A stretch of 64,000 nt of DNA, taken from IMG/VR virus record IMGVR_UViG_3300032562_000005, one strand, 5' to 3'. This document shows positions 1 to 9,440 of the stretch, one piece after another. Each line of letters starts with the position of its first letter. The first letter of the stretch is position 1. Source of the stretch: a virus. The translations under genes and the position numbers were made by a program. The notes beneath the pieces are model-generated. The model was given only the letters and a program-made list of their open reading frames with translations. It did no database searches and was not told the DNA's origin.

Positions 1-29
1 TTAAAGCAAAGTCTATTGTCATACTCATT

Positions 30-194
30 TTATTTACTCAGCTTTTGCTGGTGCCTATATTCTCGTTTTAACCAATATTTGTAACGCTTAATGTATTCTT
101 CTAGTGGCATTGCTAACTCGCCCATTTCAGCGTGTTCATCTTTATTGTCCATCCATATATTTTGTAACCACGCACGAAATGGATCTTGCTTCAT
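30..194 (-). CDS. hypothetical protein (start probably MKQDPF, ATGA overlap with upstream gene)
   Basis: ORF track 30..218; ATG at 194 overlaps the TGA of 191..478. Confidence 0.6.
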   Translation of the reverse strand: MKQDPFRAWLQNIWMDNKDEHAEMGELAMPLEEYIKRYKYWLKREYRHQQKLSK

Positions 195-478
195 GCTACC
201 TCCGTTAACATAGACCACATTGCTGTTTTTTCTAAATCTTGTTCAAATTCAGGATATACTTTGTCTAAGTTTGCTTTATCAACACTAGCATATCCCTTGG
301 CTGTTTTTTGCCTAATCAGTTTAATTAATCCGTATGAACTAATGTTAAGTGATTTAGTCTGTAGTTTCTTGCCACGACGACCCCAAAATGTAACATACTT
401 AGCTGTACCGAGTTCAATGGCACCCCATACTTTATCGTGAGTATCTTCTTTACACCAACCGATAAATGCGTAGTTCAT
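191..478 (-). CDS. WGR-domain protein
   Basis: DKVW...TFWGRRG...K..KGY pattern typical of WGR domains. Confidence 0.7.
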   Translation of the reverse strand: MNYAFIGWCKEDTHDKVWGAIELGTAKYVTFWGRRGKKLQTKSLNISSYGLIKLIRQKTAKGYASVDKANLDKVYPEFEQDLEKTAMWSMLTEVA

Positions 479-714
479 TTCAACTCCATGATATGTTTAA
501 TCACTTCGTTAGCTTCAGGAAAACCTTCGCGTTCTTTCTTAGCTACTACGGTATCAATCATGTCTAACTGCACTACATGAAGCCCACTGACAAAAGTCAT
601 AACATCTTCGGGTTTCATCTTGTAGGAGATTTTGTATTCTTTTGCGGCCTGCGCTTTTTCAACTTCGTTTTTTAACGCATCGTACCAAACAAATTTAGGA
701 GTTTTCTTTTCCAT
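475..714 (-). CDS. hypothetical protein
   Basis: 79-aa ORF translationally coupled to both neighbours. Confidence 0.65.
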   Translation of the reverse strand: MEKKTPKFVWYDALKNEVEKAQAAKEYKISYKMKPEDVMTFVSGLHVVQLDMIDTVVAKKEREGFPEANEVIKHIMELK

Positions 715-848
715 TAGTTGCTCTCCCAGACTGTTACAAGGTCTTCCAACTCAATATAGTCTTTGAAATAAATGTAAGTGTCTTCAATGCTACGACCACG
801 AGCCTTACACTCAAGAATTTCTTCGTAGATTCTTTTAAATGCGCCCAT
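714..848 (-). CDS. small hypothetical protein, 44 aa (MGAFKRIYEEILECKARGRSIEDTYIYFKDYIELEDLVTVWESN)
   Basis: Hand-translated; fills the gap exactly with TAATG overlaps at both ends; not in ORF track. Confidence 0.7.
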   Translation of the reverse strand: MGAFKRIYEEILECKARGRSIEDTYIYFKDYIELEDLVTVWESN

Positions 849-1228
849 TATGCTAGTTCCTTTGCTTGACGATTAAACACAATTTCTGTGCTCTTAGAGT
901 TCAGAACTTGGTCTTCCATTTCGGACCAGCTTATGTATGGCTCGCAGAAATAAATCTCTCCGTCAAACTTCAACTGTGACTTTTCGAAGTCTGACAAGTA
1001 GTCGTCCTCTTCGAAGGAGTAGCCCAAGATGTATTCGCGAGCACCAATGTCGTTAAACTCGACTCCGGCAATGTTAATATAATCCTGTGGATCAGCAGTA
1101 GGGTCGACGCCAGTGATTTTGTATTCAGAACCACCTTTGAACTTCCAATATTGAGGGCATTCGCCTGTGCCGTCCCAATCATGGGCACCGTAGTTTTCCA
1201 TGAATTGTGTGCGAATAACGAACATCAT
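848..1228 (-). CDS. hypothetical early protein
   Basis: 126-aa ORF with AAGGAG RBS and a consensus promoter upstream. Confidence 0.75.
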   Translation of the reverse strand: MMFVIRTQFMENYGAHDWDGTGECPQYWKFKGGSEYKITGVDPTADPQDYINIAGVEFNDIGAREYILGYSFEEDDYLSDFEKSQLKFDGEIYFCEPYISWSEMEDQVLNSKSTEIVFNRQAKELA

Positions 1229-1259
1229 AATGTAGCTCCTTTTTATTAACTATACAAGT

Positions 1260-1288
1260 ATTATAGCTATATTGGAATTATTTGTCAA
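1260..1288 (-). promoter_or_regulatory. sigma70-type early promoter
   Basis: TTGACA-N17-TATAAT perfect consensus. Confidence 0.85.
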
Positions 1289-1293
1289 CCGAA

Positions 1294-1524
1294 TTACTTC
1301 TTTAGCATTTCTTTAATAGTTGCTTCGCGTTTCAATTGCTCTAAAATGATGGTGTAAAGCAAGTTTAGCATGAACCCGCCAATTAAACAGCCACCTATAA
1401 TTCCTAAAACATTAGGTGGAATGTAAGTGAACGCTAACTGAATTCCAATTATAGCTACAGCACTTATTACTACAATACCCAATAAAATTGCTGCGGCTTT
1501 GATTTTGATATTTTTAATTTCCAT
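1294..1524 (-). CDS. small membrane protein
   Basis: Two hydrophobic stretches. Confidence 0.7.
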   Translation of the reverse strand: MEIKNIKIKAAAILLGIVVISAVAIIGIQLAFTYIPPNVLGIIGGCLIGGFMLNLLYTIILEQLKREATIKEMLKK

Positions 1525-1573
1525 TTTGTACTTCCTTTCCGAAGATTCGTTAATTAATTACTACTATAACTGC

Positions 1574-1602
1574 ATTATACGACTAATTGATTTTCTTGTC
1601 AA
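1574..1602 (-). promoter_or_regulatory. sigma70-type early promoter
   Basis: TTGACA-N17-TATAAT perfect consensus. Confidence 0.85.
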
Positions 1603-1805
1603 CCGGGCACTACATCATGGGTTACACGGATATTTGTAGGGGTTCCTAGCTTGACTTCGCGAGCTGGCTTACACTCTGCTTTCATACTAGTAAACTTTTC
1701 AGCATAGTAAGCCTGTTTTTCTTGACAATGTTCTTGGCTCAAATATACCGAATGAACTGTATAATTGCCAGGATTTGCCATCCAAAATATTAATGCCCAT
1801 TTCAT
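1599..1805 (-). CDS. hypothetical protein
   Basis: 68-aa ORF, ATGA overlap with the hydrolase gene. Confidence 0.6.
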   Translation of the reverse strand: MKWALIFWMANPGNYTVHSVYLSQEHCQEKQAYYAEKFTSMKAECKPAREVKLGTPTNIRVTHDVVPG

Positions 1806-2326
1806 ATCATATCCTTACTTTTCGCATTATTATAAAACAAATGTCGGCCAATTGTCAATACGTGTTCTTCCGGATCCGCCCAACTTGGTCGTCGAATATA
1901 GTCTGCGTGGTAATATAAACTATCACTCAAACCTCGTACTCGTGTACCTTCTAATACTTCAATAGCAATAGACTTAGATTCTTCCCAAAGTGATTTCTCA
2001 GGCTTTGGTAACTTCTTTTGAAGTGTCCAACTAAATTGCTTTTTGGCATAGACTACTTTACATACATCCTTACCCCACTTACCGGTTTTCATTCTGTTAA
2101 GGGTAACATTGGCCACCGCATATTTTCCGGTTTTGTCTTCTCCACGAGCTTCGTAATAAATGTTCTTAGTTAAACACTCTACATCTTTTGGTGTGTATTT
2201 AACTACATATTTGGTTTGAATAATGTCGTCTAGCTTTTCTTCAATTCGATCCATACGCATTTCCGCACGAATTAAAATTGCGCCTAAAATGACAACCGCG
2301 GCTACGGCTAGGATTCTGTTAAACAT
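1802..2326 (-). CDS. cell wall hydrolase, SleB/Hydrolase_2 family, N-terminal membrane anchor
   Basis: CLTKNIYYEARGE...AVANVTLNR...QFSW...YYHADY...IGRHLFY motifs. Confidence 0.9.
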   Translation of the reverse strand: MFNRILAVAAVVILGAILIRAEMRMDRIEEKLDDIIQTKYVVKYTPKDVECLTKNIYYEARGEDKTGKYAVANVTLNRMKTGKWGKDVCKVVYAKKQFSWTLQKKLPKPEKSLWEESKSIAIEVLEGTRVRGLSDSLYYHADYIRRPSWADPEEHVLTIGRHLFYNNAKSKDMI

Positions 2327-2335
2327 AATTAATCC

Positions 2336-2548
2336 TTAAACAAAATCAAAGGCGTATTCGCCAGTGTCGCCGATTGGACTAACTTGTACCTTGCCTAAAC
2401 CCAATGTCTCGGACAATCTATGAAACACTTTACGAGCTTGTGCCTCAGTAATAGTACGAACAAACAAGGTACCATTACAAAACTCTGTTTTCACAGATTC
2501 GTTTGTAAGTGTTACTTTAACTAATTGATCTACGATTGTTTCGAACAT
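2336..2548 (-). CDS. hypothetical early protein (start MFETIV)
   Basis: GGAG RBS before ATG at 2548; the longer ORF-track start lies inside a promoter. Confidence 0.7.
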   Translation of the reverse strand: MFETIVDQLVKVTLTNESVKTEFCNGTLFVRTITEAQARKVFHRLSETLGLGKVQVSPIGDTGEYAFDFV

Positions 2549-2560
2549 TTTTAACTCCAA

Positions 2561-2661
2561 ATTGTTTACTATGTTCATAGTATAGCATTTTGGTAATTGC
2601 TCGTCAACCAAAACAAAACCCCGCTAAAAAACGGGGTTCTGAGTGTTGTATTTCTACAACG
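2561..2661 (-). repeat. ~100-bp regulatory cassette copy 1 (palindrome + hairpin + sigma70 promoter TTGACG-N17-TATACT at 2579-2607)
   Basis: Closely similar to 31821-31920. Confidence 0.8.
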
Positions 2662-2680
2662 GTAGGTACTTGCATGGGTG

Positions 2681-3631
2681 TTAAGTTACAATAGGCTGTG
2701 GGTATGGGTATTGCGCTGGCAGTAAATTTGCTTGAGGTAGTGGACTAGCTGGTTCTACAGGAATATTATTACTGGTTGAAATACCAGTTGAGTTAATATT
2801 ACTTTGACCTTGACGCATAGTAGCAATAATTGCCTGGCCACCGATAGTGTTTTTATCTGCTACGGCTTGTATGAATTGTGCTGAGCCACCAGCGGCAGTA
2901 TCTTGACCATAGCTAGGTAATGACAAAACAAAACTATAAATTGATGAAGTACTATTTGGTGTAAGGTTTGCGAAACTAACACTGGCACTTAATTGAATAG
3001 CCGTTTCTCTACTTAATTGAGTAGACATATTGTTCCAGTTTGTATTCAAGTTTGCTGTTTGTGTCGGATAAGCAGATATGATAGACGGAATAACAGTAGT
3101 AGTAGTTGCTGGAATCAAGCCAGGTCCTCCTATGTTGCCGGAAGATTCTTGGCCGCCAAATGCCGCTACAAGATTATCGTAAGTGCCAGCTGCTGCTCCG
3201 TCAGGAATTATAATAGGACCAGTTGGTGGGCCATAAGTTCCATTAGCAGTAGAAGTCATATCATTGTATATGCCAGTTAAATTTGATAAGTTCATAGTAC
3301 TAACAATGCTAACAGTATTAGCCATAGCGTTTGCTGAAACAACGCCAGCTACAGTTCCCATTGAATCATTGATAGTAACAGTTCCGTTCGGTCCTGTGCC
3401 TTTGCCTATTGCATTAACAACCGCATTGGCAGCCGCAGGAGATACTGCTGAGGTTTGTGCTGTGATTAAAGGCAACCCATAGTTTGTTTGAACATTAGAA
3501 ACCGCTTGTGCTAATTGCGGTAAATTCATAAATGCTATATTTGTTATCTGTTGTAGTGCTGCAGACAAGGCTTTATTAGCTAATGCTTGGTCTGGTGGAA
3601 TTATTTGACTTAATTTATCTAGTGCTGTCAT
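2681..3631 (-). CDS. putative virion (baseplate/tail-associated) protein
   Basis: A/T/N/S/G-rich 316 aa, same run as PAAR gene. Confidence 0.5.
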   Translation of the reverse strand: MTALDKLSQIIPPDQALANKALSAALQQITNIAFMNLPQLAQAVSNVQTNYGLPLITAQTSAVSPAAANAVVNAIGKGTGPNGTVTINDSMGTVAGVVSANAMANTVSIVSTMNLSNLTGIYNDMTSTANGTYGPPTGPIIIPDGAAAGTYDNLVAAFGGQESSGNIGGPGLIPATTTTVIPSIISAYPTQTANLNTNWNNMSTQLSRETAIQLSASVSFANLTPNSTSSIYSFVLSLPSYGQDTAAGGSAQFIQAVADKNTIGGQAIIATMRQGQSNINSTGISTSNNIPVEPASPLPQANLLPAQYPYPQPIVT

Positions 3632-4602
3632 GATAGTGAGCTTACTGCCACTTTTGGCAAATATTGTTGTAATGTAGAATTAACTGTACCGCCAGCGTTA
3701 ATGTAGATATTTTGGGTTACTCCGTTTGTGCCAGTAACTGTTAAAGTCTGGAAACTATTAGGAAATATCTTGTAGGGATTTAATAAGTCAGCTAGCGTAT
3801 TAATGTTTGGTGTTGTTACGCCAAATAATTTTAATATTTGTGTTAGCGGTGTACCAGTAATTTGCGTCATAGCACTATACATGGCTTTTTGGTCTGCGTC
3901 TGATGCTGTTAGTGTTGGCGATGTTAAATTGACTACAGTATCAAGACTTACACCTGCGGTAGTAAAAGATAAAGCAAGTTGTGGTGTAATGCCGCCAATT
4001 TTAGCTAGTTGCTTAACTAATGCTAACGGAGTTCCTAATTCTCCTAGATTACTTAAATCAATTAATCCGCCGAGTGCTACTAAATCTTTGCCCCATTGTT
4101 CAGTACAAATATTAACAGTAGTAATACCGCCACTAACCATATTGTCGGCTCCAGCATAAGTGCCACCTAAATATGTTTGACTATTAATAGCTGAACTGAT
4201 AAAACTGTTTGTTAAACCATTGTAGCCAACTAATGCTCCAAACCCTTGACAAAATTTAGTTAAATCTTTATTTGCTCCGTGTATATCGGCACCTATATAA
4301 GAATACGCTGTTTGTTTTAATGTAGATGAAAATAAAGAACTACTAGTGTGCCCTGGATATGAATCACTTAATGCTGGACAAGTATTTGATGCTAAATTAT
4401 ATAATTGTGCCGTTGTGTTTGCTGGCAGGGTAGAAGCCTTGGCAGCCACAATCGCTTCGTTTAATGCTACTACAAATGGTTGACTTTCGTAAGAAGCTAT
4501 ATTTGTTAAAAATGCCGCATTAACACTTAGCCCCTGATTATATAATAAATTGGCAGTGGCTGTTATCTGAAAGGGTGATAATATACTTGGGCTTGTTGAC
4601 AT
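3628..4602 (-). CDS. putative virion (baseplate/tail-associated) protein
   Basis: 324 aa directly downstream of PAAR; structural-type composition. Confidence 0.5.
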   Translation of the reverse strand: MSTSPSILSPFQITATANLLYNQGLSVNAAFLTNIASYESQPFVVALNEAIVAAKASTLPANTTAQLYNLASNTCPALSDSYPGHTSSSLFSSTLKQTAYSYIGADIHGANKDLTKFCQGFGALVGYNGLTNSFISSAINSQTYLGGTYAGADNMVSGGITTVNICTEQWGKDLVALGGLIDLSNLGELGTPLALVKQLAKIGGITPQLALSFTTAGVSLDTVVNLTSPTLTASDADQKAMYSAMTQITGTPLTQILKLFGVTTPNINTLADLLNPYKIFPNSFQTLTVTGTNGVTQNIYINAGGTVNSTLQQYLPKVAVSSLS

Positions 4603-4603
4603 A

Positions 4604-4876
4604 TCAAGATTCTATATCAGGACTTCCTTGAATGCGTACATGACCACAGCTATCAACATCACCTACAAATATTACAGGCTTGCCTTTAATTGTAATTAAT
4701 GATTGTGATGCTCGGCAATGTGCGTGTGTATGTTCGCCTTTAAAGTTTGTGTGGCATGACACAGGCGAACCGTCAACTGCTACAGGTAAATTATTCAATC
4801 GTAAAGAAGGTTCGCCGGATATTACTTTTCCGCCGCCGCTGTTTACATCACCGACGCGAACCAATGCTCTAGTCAT
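4604..4876 (-). CDS. PAAR-domain spike tip protein (gp5.4-like)
   Basis: VRVGD..SGG, PVAVDGS.V.CH, GKPV..VGD..SCGH....GS repeats. Confidence 0.88.
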   Translation of the reverse strand: MTRALVRVGDVNSGGGKVISGEPSLRLNNLPVAVDGSPVSCHTNFKGEHTHAHCRASQSLITIKGKPVIFVGDVDSCGHVRIQGSPDIES

Positions 4877-4877
4877 T

Positions 4878-5180
4878 TTAACCCATTATAATTGATGGCT
4901 TACGAACTGGTTTAAGGCCAGTAGTTGCTTCTAAGTAATGATCTCCTACTTCTTCACGGGTAGAGCAAATCATTGCTACTGCTGTTTTATTTATAGTCGC
5001 GTTTTCCTTGGGATCGCCCGTAAACACCGTATAGATAAGTTGGATGCCTTTTTCTGTAGGTACTGCGCTTAGAGGTTGAGCAATAATGTAACTATCTTCT
5101 GTAATCTCTACTACTTTACCTACGATTTCGTCTGCGTTGGTAAGTTTGAATGTGTAAACCTTGTCTTTTTCTACTATCAT
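4878..5180 (-). CDS. Sm-like (LSm-fold) protein
   Basis: VYTFKLTNADEIVGKVVE resembles the Sm1 motif; ATG at 5180 follows the glutaredoxin stop. Confidence 0.55.
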   Translation of the reverse strand: MIVEKDKVYTFKLTNADEIVGKVVEITEDSYIIAQPLSAVPTEKGIQLIYTVFTGDPKENATINKTAVAMICSTREEVGDHYLEATTGLKPVRKPSIIMG

Positions 5181-5181
5181 A

Positions 5182-5412
5182 TTATCCTTGGAAATGTTTG
5201 CGGAGTTCTGTAAACCCGCCAATGTAATTATCGTCTAAGAAGATCTGTGGTAAAGTTCTTGCGTTAGGTACAGCTTCTAATAATTGCTCTTTGGTCCAAG
5301 TACCTTTCATGATATTGCGTTCTTCAAAATCGATACCTTTTGATTCCAATAATGCTTTTGCTTGTAGGCAGTAGGGGCAATTTTCTTTACTCCAAACTAT
5401 TGCTTTTGTCAT
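5182..5412 (-). CDS. glutaredoxin
   Basis: CPYC, TLPQIF, IGGF motifs; downstream of nrdB. Confidence 0.95.
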   Translation of the reverse strand: MTKAIVWSKENCPYCLQAKALLESKGIDFEERNIMKGTWTKEQLLEAVPNARTLPQIFLDDNYIGGFTELRKHFQG

Positions 5413-5423
5413 ATTTTTCCTTA

Positions 5424-6524
5424 TTATAAATTTGGTAATTCGTTGTAGTTTAATGAATCACTCATTAACCCAATAACATAGTTAGTCGATTCTGTTTCTT
5501 GTAAAGCAGATTGTTTGTTACTTACATTAACGTGTTTATTAAACCATGGAATAGGAGTTGTTTTAGGAGCAGGAGTTTGATACTTAATACCAACTTCCTT
5601 CAATGCGCCTAAGGCCGTAAAGTCAACAAATTCTTTTAAAATGTTGGCATTCAACCCAATAACTGGCCCTTTGTTAAACAAGTAGTCAGCCCATTGTTTT
5701 TCTTCACGGATAACATCTAAGTACAGTTGATATACTTCTTGTTCACATTCTACTTTAGCTTCGGCAAAACGCGGATCTTCTTTAACTACCTGATTAATCA
5801 TCCAAGCGGTCCAATCCTTGTGTAGGATTTCGTCTTGTAAGATTAAACTAATAATATTGCCGTTACCAATAAAGATACGATTCTCAACCATTGCTAAGGA
5901 TGTGGCGAACGATACCATAAAGCGGAATGCTTCTAATGCGTAACTAGCGTGTAATGCTAACCAAATAGCTTTAATATGTTCTTTTTCCGTCACCGTCTCG
6001 CCTAGTTCTTTACGACAGTTAATAACATGTAGGGCATCGTAGTAGTTTCCTACAGAGGATGCCATATCTACGATTTCTTTTGTGTCGTGAATTGTATTGA
6101 ACGCATCCTTAGGCACATTATAAATGTTACGAATAATGTGTGAATAGCTACGACTGTGAATGTTAGTTTCAAAGAATGTCCAAGCATACATTAGTGCTTC
6201 TAGTTCGGGAATACTACACACAGGTGTAAAGATTTGACATGGGCCGCGGCCTTGTAAACTGTCCAAGGCTGTTTGTCTGAGCAAGTTACTAGTAAAGATA
6301 TGGCGTACCGTATCGCTTGCTTCTTTAAAATCGTTAGCATCTTTAGTCAAACTAATCTCTTCAGGAACCCAAAAGAATCCTCGTGCTTCTTGTTCAAACT
6401 TAGTAAGTTTATTATATTTTACTTCTTCGAAACGCTGAATAGTAACTGGGCCTGCTGGATCCAAAAACATCTTACGACGCAAATAATCTGTTTTAGTACT
6501 TAAATTGTATTGTTCTTTACTCAT
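5424..6524 (-). CDS. nrdB: ribonucleotide reductase class Ia beta subunit
   Basis: FFWVPEE, LDSLQGRG, ETNIHSRSY, EAFRFMVSF, DEILH. Confidence 0.95.
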   Translation of the reverse strand: MSKEQYNLSTKTDYLRRKMFLDPAGPVTIQRFEEVKYNKLTKFEQEARGFFWVPEEISLTKDANDFKEASDTVRHIFTSNLLRQTALDSLQGRGPCQIFTPVCSIPELEALMYAWTFFETNIHSRSYSHIIRNIYNVPKDAFNTIHDTKEIVDMASSVGNYYDALHVINCRKELGETVTEKEHIKAIWLALHASYALEAFRFMVSFATSLAMVENRIFIGNGNIISLILQDEILHKDWTAWMINQVVKEDPRFAEAKVECEQEVYQLYLDVIREEKQWADYLFNKGPVIGLNANILKEFVDFTALGALKEVGIKYQTPAPKTTPIPWFNKHVNVSNKQSALQETESTNYVIGLMSDSLNYNELPNL

Positions 6525-7071
6525 GCAAGTTGCCGCCTACAGGATAAGATGAACCAACAGGAGCATCAGTAACTACGGTAGTACCAACAGGAACTGCTTG
6601 CCCGGTCCAAGGTGATTCGTTTAACGGACCATAGCATTTGGCTATTGTAACCCCGTTAACCTTTTGTGGTTCTTTAACGCAAGGGAATGACCACATATTA
6701 CTCATACCGCCTGTACCTGTAGTTGTAACAAAAGTTCTTGGTTGTGCTGGTAATACTTCCCAAGTAGGTGCTTGTGGATATTCAGACTTGTAAGCAAACA
6801 AGCTCCATACAGTTGCTACACCTTTAGGTGGCTTACAAGAACCATTCATCAGCTCTAAGTCAGCAATACTTTTGCCTGTAAGCACAGGACATACTGCTAC
6901 ACCTTGTTGATATGTTGCGCCATTGACTACCATGGTCTTGCCGGTTGGTGTTGCGGCACTTGCGCCGCAGAAGGCAAACTCACCTTCGCAAATAGCTAAG
7001 TTATGAGCTACTGCTGTGCCTGCTAATAATACTAATGCTGTTGCTACGATATATTTAAATTTCATTTTCAT
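6517..7071 (-). CDS. secreted Cys-rich hypothetical protein
   Basis: N-terminal signal peptide ending AVA; six cysteines. Confidence 0.7.
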   Translation of the reverse strand: MKMKFKYIVATALVLLAGTAVAHNLAICEGEFAFCGASAATPTGKTMVVNGATYQQGVAVCPVLTGKSIADLELMNGSCKPPKGVATVWSLFAYKSEYPQAPTWEVLPAQPRTFVTTTGTGGMSNMWSFPCVKEPQKVNGVTIAKCYGPLNESPWTGQAVPVGTTVVTDAPVGSSYPVGGNLHE

Positions 7072-7080
7072 CTTTCTTTA

Positions 7081-9402
7081 TTAAAGTTTACAACTTTCAC
7101 AATCTTCTTGATCGTCAAAATCAACAATTTCTAATTTTGTTTCCGCTGGTTCATCTTGACCTTTACTACCTTGTTTATTGATTAATGAGTAATACATCGT
7201 CTTAAGGCCCCAACGGTGTGCCAACATCAAATTTTTAGCAATCAATGTGGTTGGAACCTTACGATCCGCAAAGTGTGCTGGATTATAAAAAGTATTTGTT
7301 GAGATTGATTGATCAACATAGGCAGCCAATACACTTGCTGTCTTTAAATAGCCATCACAATCTTTTTGTTCCCACATAAGTTGATATTTGTTTTTCAACT
7401 TATTATATTCGGGAGCAACTTGAATCAACGAGCCAGCTTTACTTTCTTTAACAGTAATTAAACTCATTGGCATTTCAATACCGTTAGTAGAATTAATTAC
7501 AACAGAGCTAGACTCAACAGGAGCAACTGCCATTAATGTACCGTTACGAACTCCATACTCTTTCATGTTAACTCGTAATGTTTCCCAATCTAATTCAGGA
7601 GTAAAGTCTGTAAGTTCGTTAACTGCCTTGGCACGTAACTCCCACGGGAAGATACCTTGTCCATAGCGTGTCTTGTCGCTATGTAAGCAAGCACCACGCT
7701 CCTTGGCTAACTCCACGGTTGCTTCTGTTAGATAGTATGCCTGGTGTTCAGTCCAGGTTTTAACTTCAGCAAGAGCATCCGATTCGCCGTATTTCATACC
7801 ACGTTTAGCGTGCCAGTATGCTAAGTTAGTAATACCAATGCCTAGTGGCTGAATTTCATCATTGCTTAATTGACTTTGAATACTTAAAAAGTCTTGGTAA
7901 TCAAGAATGTTACAAAGCGAACGTTGTAAAATACGGCAAGCACGACGCATATCTTCTGGATTACGGAACGCACCCCAGTTAATACTGCCCAGTGTACATA
8001 GAGCAATCCTGCCCTCGTCATCATCTAATCGCTTAAAGCTCTTAGTCGGCAAAAGAATTTCCATACAAAGGTTCGACTGGTAGATGGTGTGGAACTCAGG
8101 GTCAAACGGTCCTTGATTTTGAACATTATCAATAAACACTAGATAGATGCGCCCGGTATCGGTACGCTCTTTTAGTATGCCACCTTTGAATACATCTTCG
8201 GCTGCCATTGTCTTAGTACGCAAATCTTTGCGTTTTTCATACTTAACATACAGTTCTTCAAAGCGTTCTGTATTCTTATAAAACGCTTCGTATAATTCTG
8301 GAACTTCGTTGGGATCAAAGAATGTAATATTTTCTTTGTTCTTAAAACGACGCCAAAAGAAAGCAGATAGTACTACACCATAGTCCATGAATCTTACACG
8401 GGTTTCGTCTGTACCTTGATTGTTCTTGAGAACGATAAGATCGTCAAACTGGTAATGCCAAATTGGATAAAACACAGTAGCACTAGCATTGCGGATACCT
8501 CCTTGCGAGCAACTTCTTAAATCACCAAACCACTTTTTAAGGAATGGTACCATACCTGTATGCATAACTTCACCGCCACGAATAGGACTACCTAACGGGC
8601 GTAAGCGACCAATTTCCAAGCCGATGCCAGCTCGCTTGGCCGCATACTTTGCCATCATCTCTCCTGAAGCAAAGATAGAATCAAGATTGTCGTCAGAACG
8701 GATAAGAACACAGGATGAAAATTGTTTTGTAGGAGTACCCAAACCAGCGAGTACAGGAGTAGCAAGAGTAAAAAGACCGTCACTCGCCGCCTGATAGTAT
8801 TCTTTAATATAACGCATTCTAGCCGCGTTAGGCTCTTCTTTATGGAACACAGTAGCGGCTGCCACCATGTAACGAATTTGTGGAGTTTCATAAATTTCCT
8901 TTGTGGCGCGGTTGCGCACAAGATATTTCTCAATGAGCTGTTCGATGGCCGCGTAAGAATATCCTTCATCCTTTTCGTGATCCAACATTTCATTCATTCG
9001 GTTCCAGTCATCTTCTGAATACCATTCAAGAAGTTCCGGAGTGTACAAACCTGTGGCTACATTTTTCTTTATAATCTCATACAAGTGTGGCGGATCATAA
9101 GAACCGTAAACATCTTTACGCAACATACTAAGACGTTGCTTACCTGCTACATATTGATAATTGGTATGCCCAACATCAGGATTACTTTCGATGTCAATTA
9201 AATCTACAATAGCTCGTAATGTAATGCCATCGATTTCTTTTGTTGTAATACCATCATAAAAATGTAGTTGTGCTTTGATTTCAATCATTGACTGACTTAC
9301 ATCAGCAATGCCTTGACAAACTTTAGCTACTTGTGCCTGCCACTTCTCGATATGTAGTGGTTCTTTTACACCGCTTCTTTTAACTACTGTAATCTGCGTC
9401 AT
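7081..9402 (-). CDS. nrdA: ribonucleotide reductase class Ia alpha subunit
   Basis: ATP-cone VVKRSG, QFSSC, SNLCMEI, C-terminal CESCKL. Confidence 0.97.
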   Translation of the reverse strand: MTQITVVKRSGVKEPLHIEKWQAQVAKVCQGIADVSQSMIEIKAQLHFYDGITTKEIDGITLRAIVDLIDIESNPDVGHTNYQYVAGKQRLSMLRKDVYGSYDPPHLYEIIKKNVATGLYTPELLEWYSEDDWNRMNEMLDHEKDEGYSYAAIEQLIEKYLVRNRATKEIYETPQIRYMVAAATVFHKEEPNAARMRYIKEYYQAASDGLFTLATPVLAGLGTPTKQFSSCVLIRSDDNLDSIFASGEMMAKYAAKRAGIGLEIGRLRPLGSPIRGGEVMHTGMVPFLKKWFGDLRSCSQGGIRNASATVFYPIWHYQFDDLIVLKNNQGTDETRVRFMDYGVVLSAFFWRRFKNKENITFFDPNEVPELYEAFYKNTERFEELYVKYEKRKDLRTKTMAAEDVFKGGILKERTDTGRIYLVFIDNVQNQGPFDPEFHTIYQSNLCMEILLPTKSFKRLDDDEGRIALCTLGSINWGAFRNPEDMRRACRILQRSLCNILDYQDFLSIQSQLSNDEIQPLGIGITNLAYWHAKRGMKYGESDALAEVKTWTEHQAYYLTEATVELAKERGACLHSDKTRYGQGIFPWELRAKAVNELTDFTPELDWETLRVNMKEYGVRNGTLMAVAPVESSSVVINSTNGIEMPMSLITVKESKAGSLIQVAPEYNKLKNKYQLMWEQKDCDGYLKTASVLAAYVDQSISTNTFYNPAHFADRKVPTTLIAKNLMLAHRWGLKTMYYSLINKQGSKGQDEPAETKLEIVDFDDQEDCESCKL

Positions 9403-9440
9403 TTAACTCTCATTTTGTTATTGTGTTACTACTTATACTT

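Noticed and set aside
4604-4876. Type VI secretion or tailocin locus suggested by PAAR, sheath and tube
   Set aside because: The terminase, neck and replication genes show these are ordinary myophage tail parts.
5424-9402. Introns or inteins in nrdA/nrdB (also terL, helicase, uvsX)
   Set aside because: The ORFs are continuous and of normal length.
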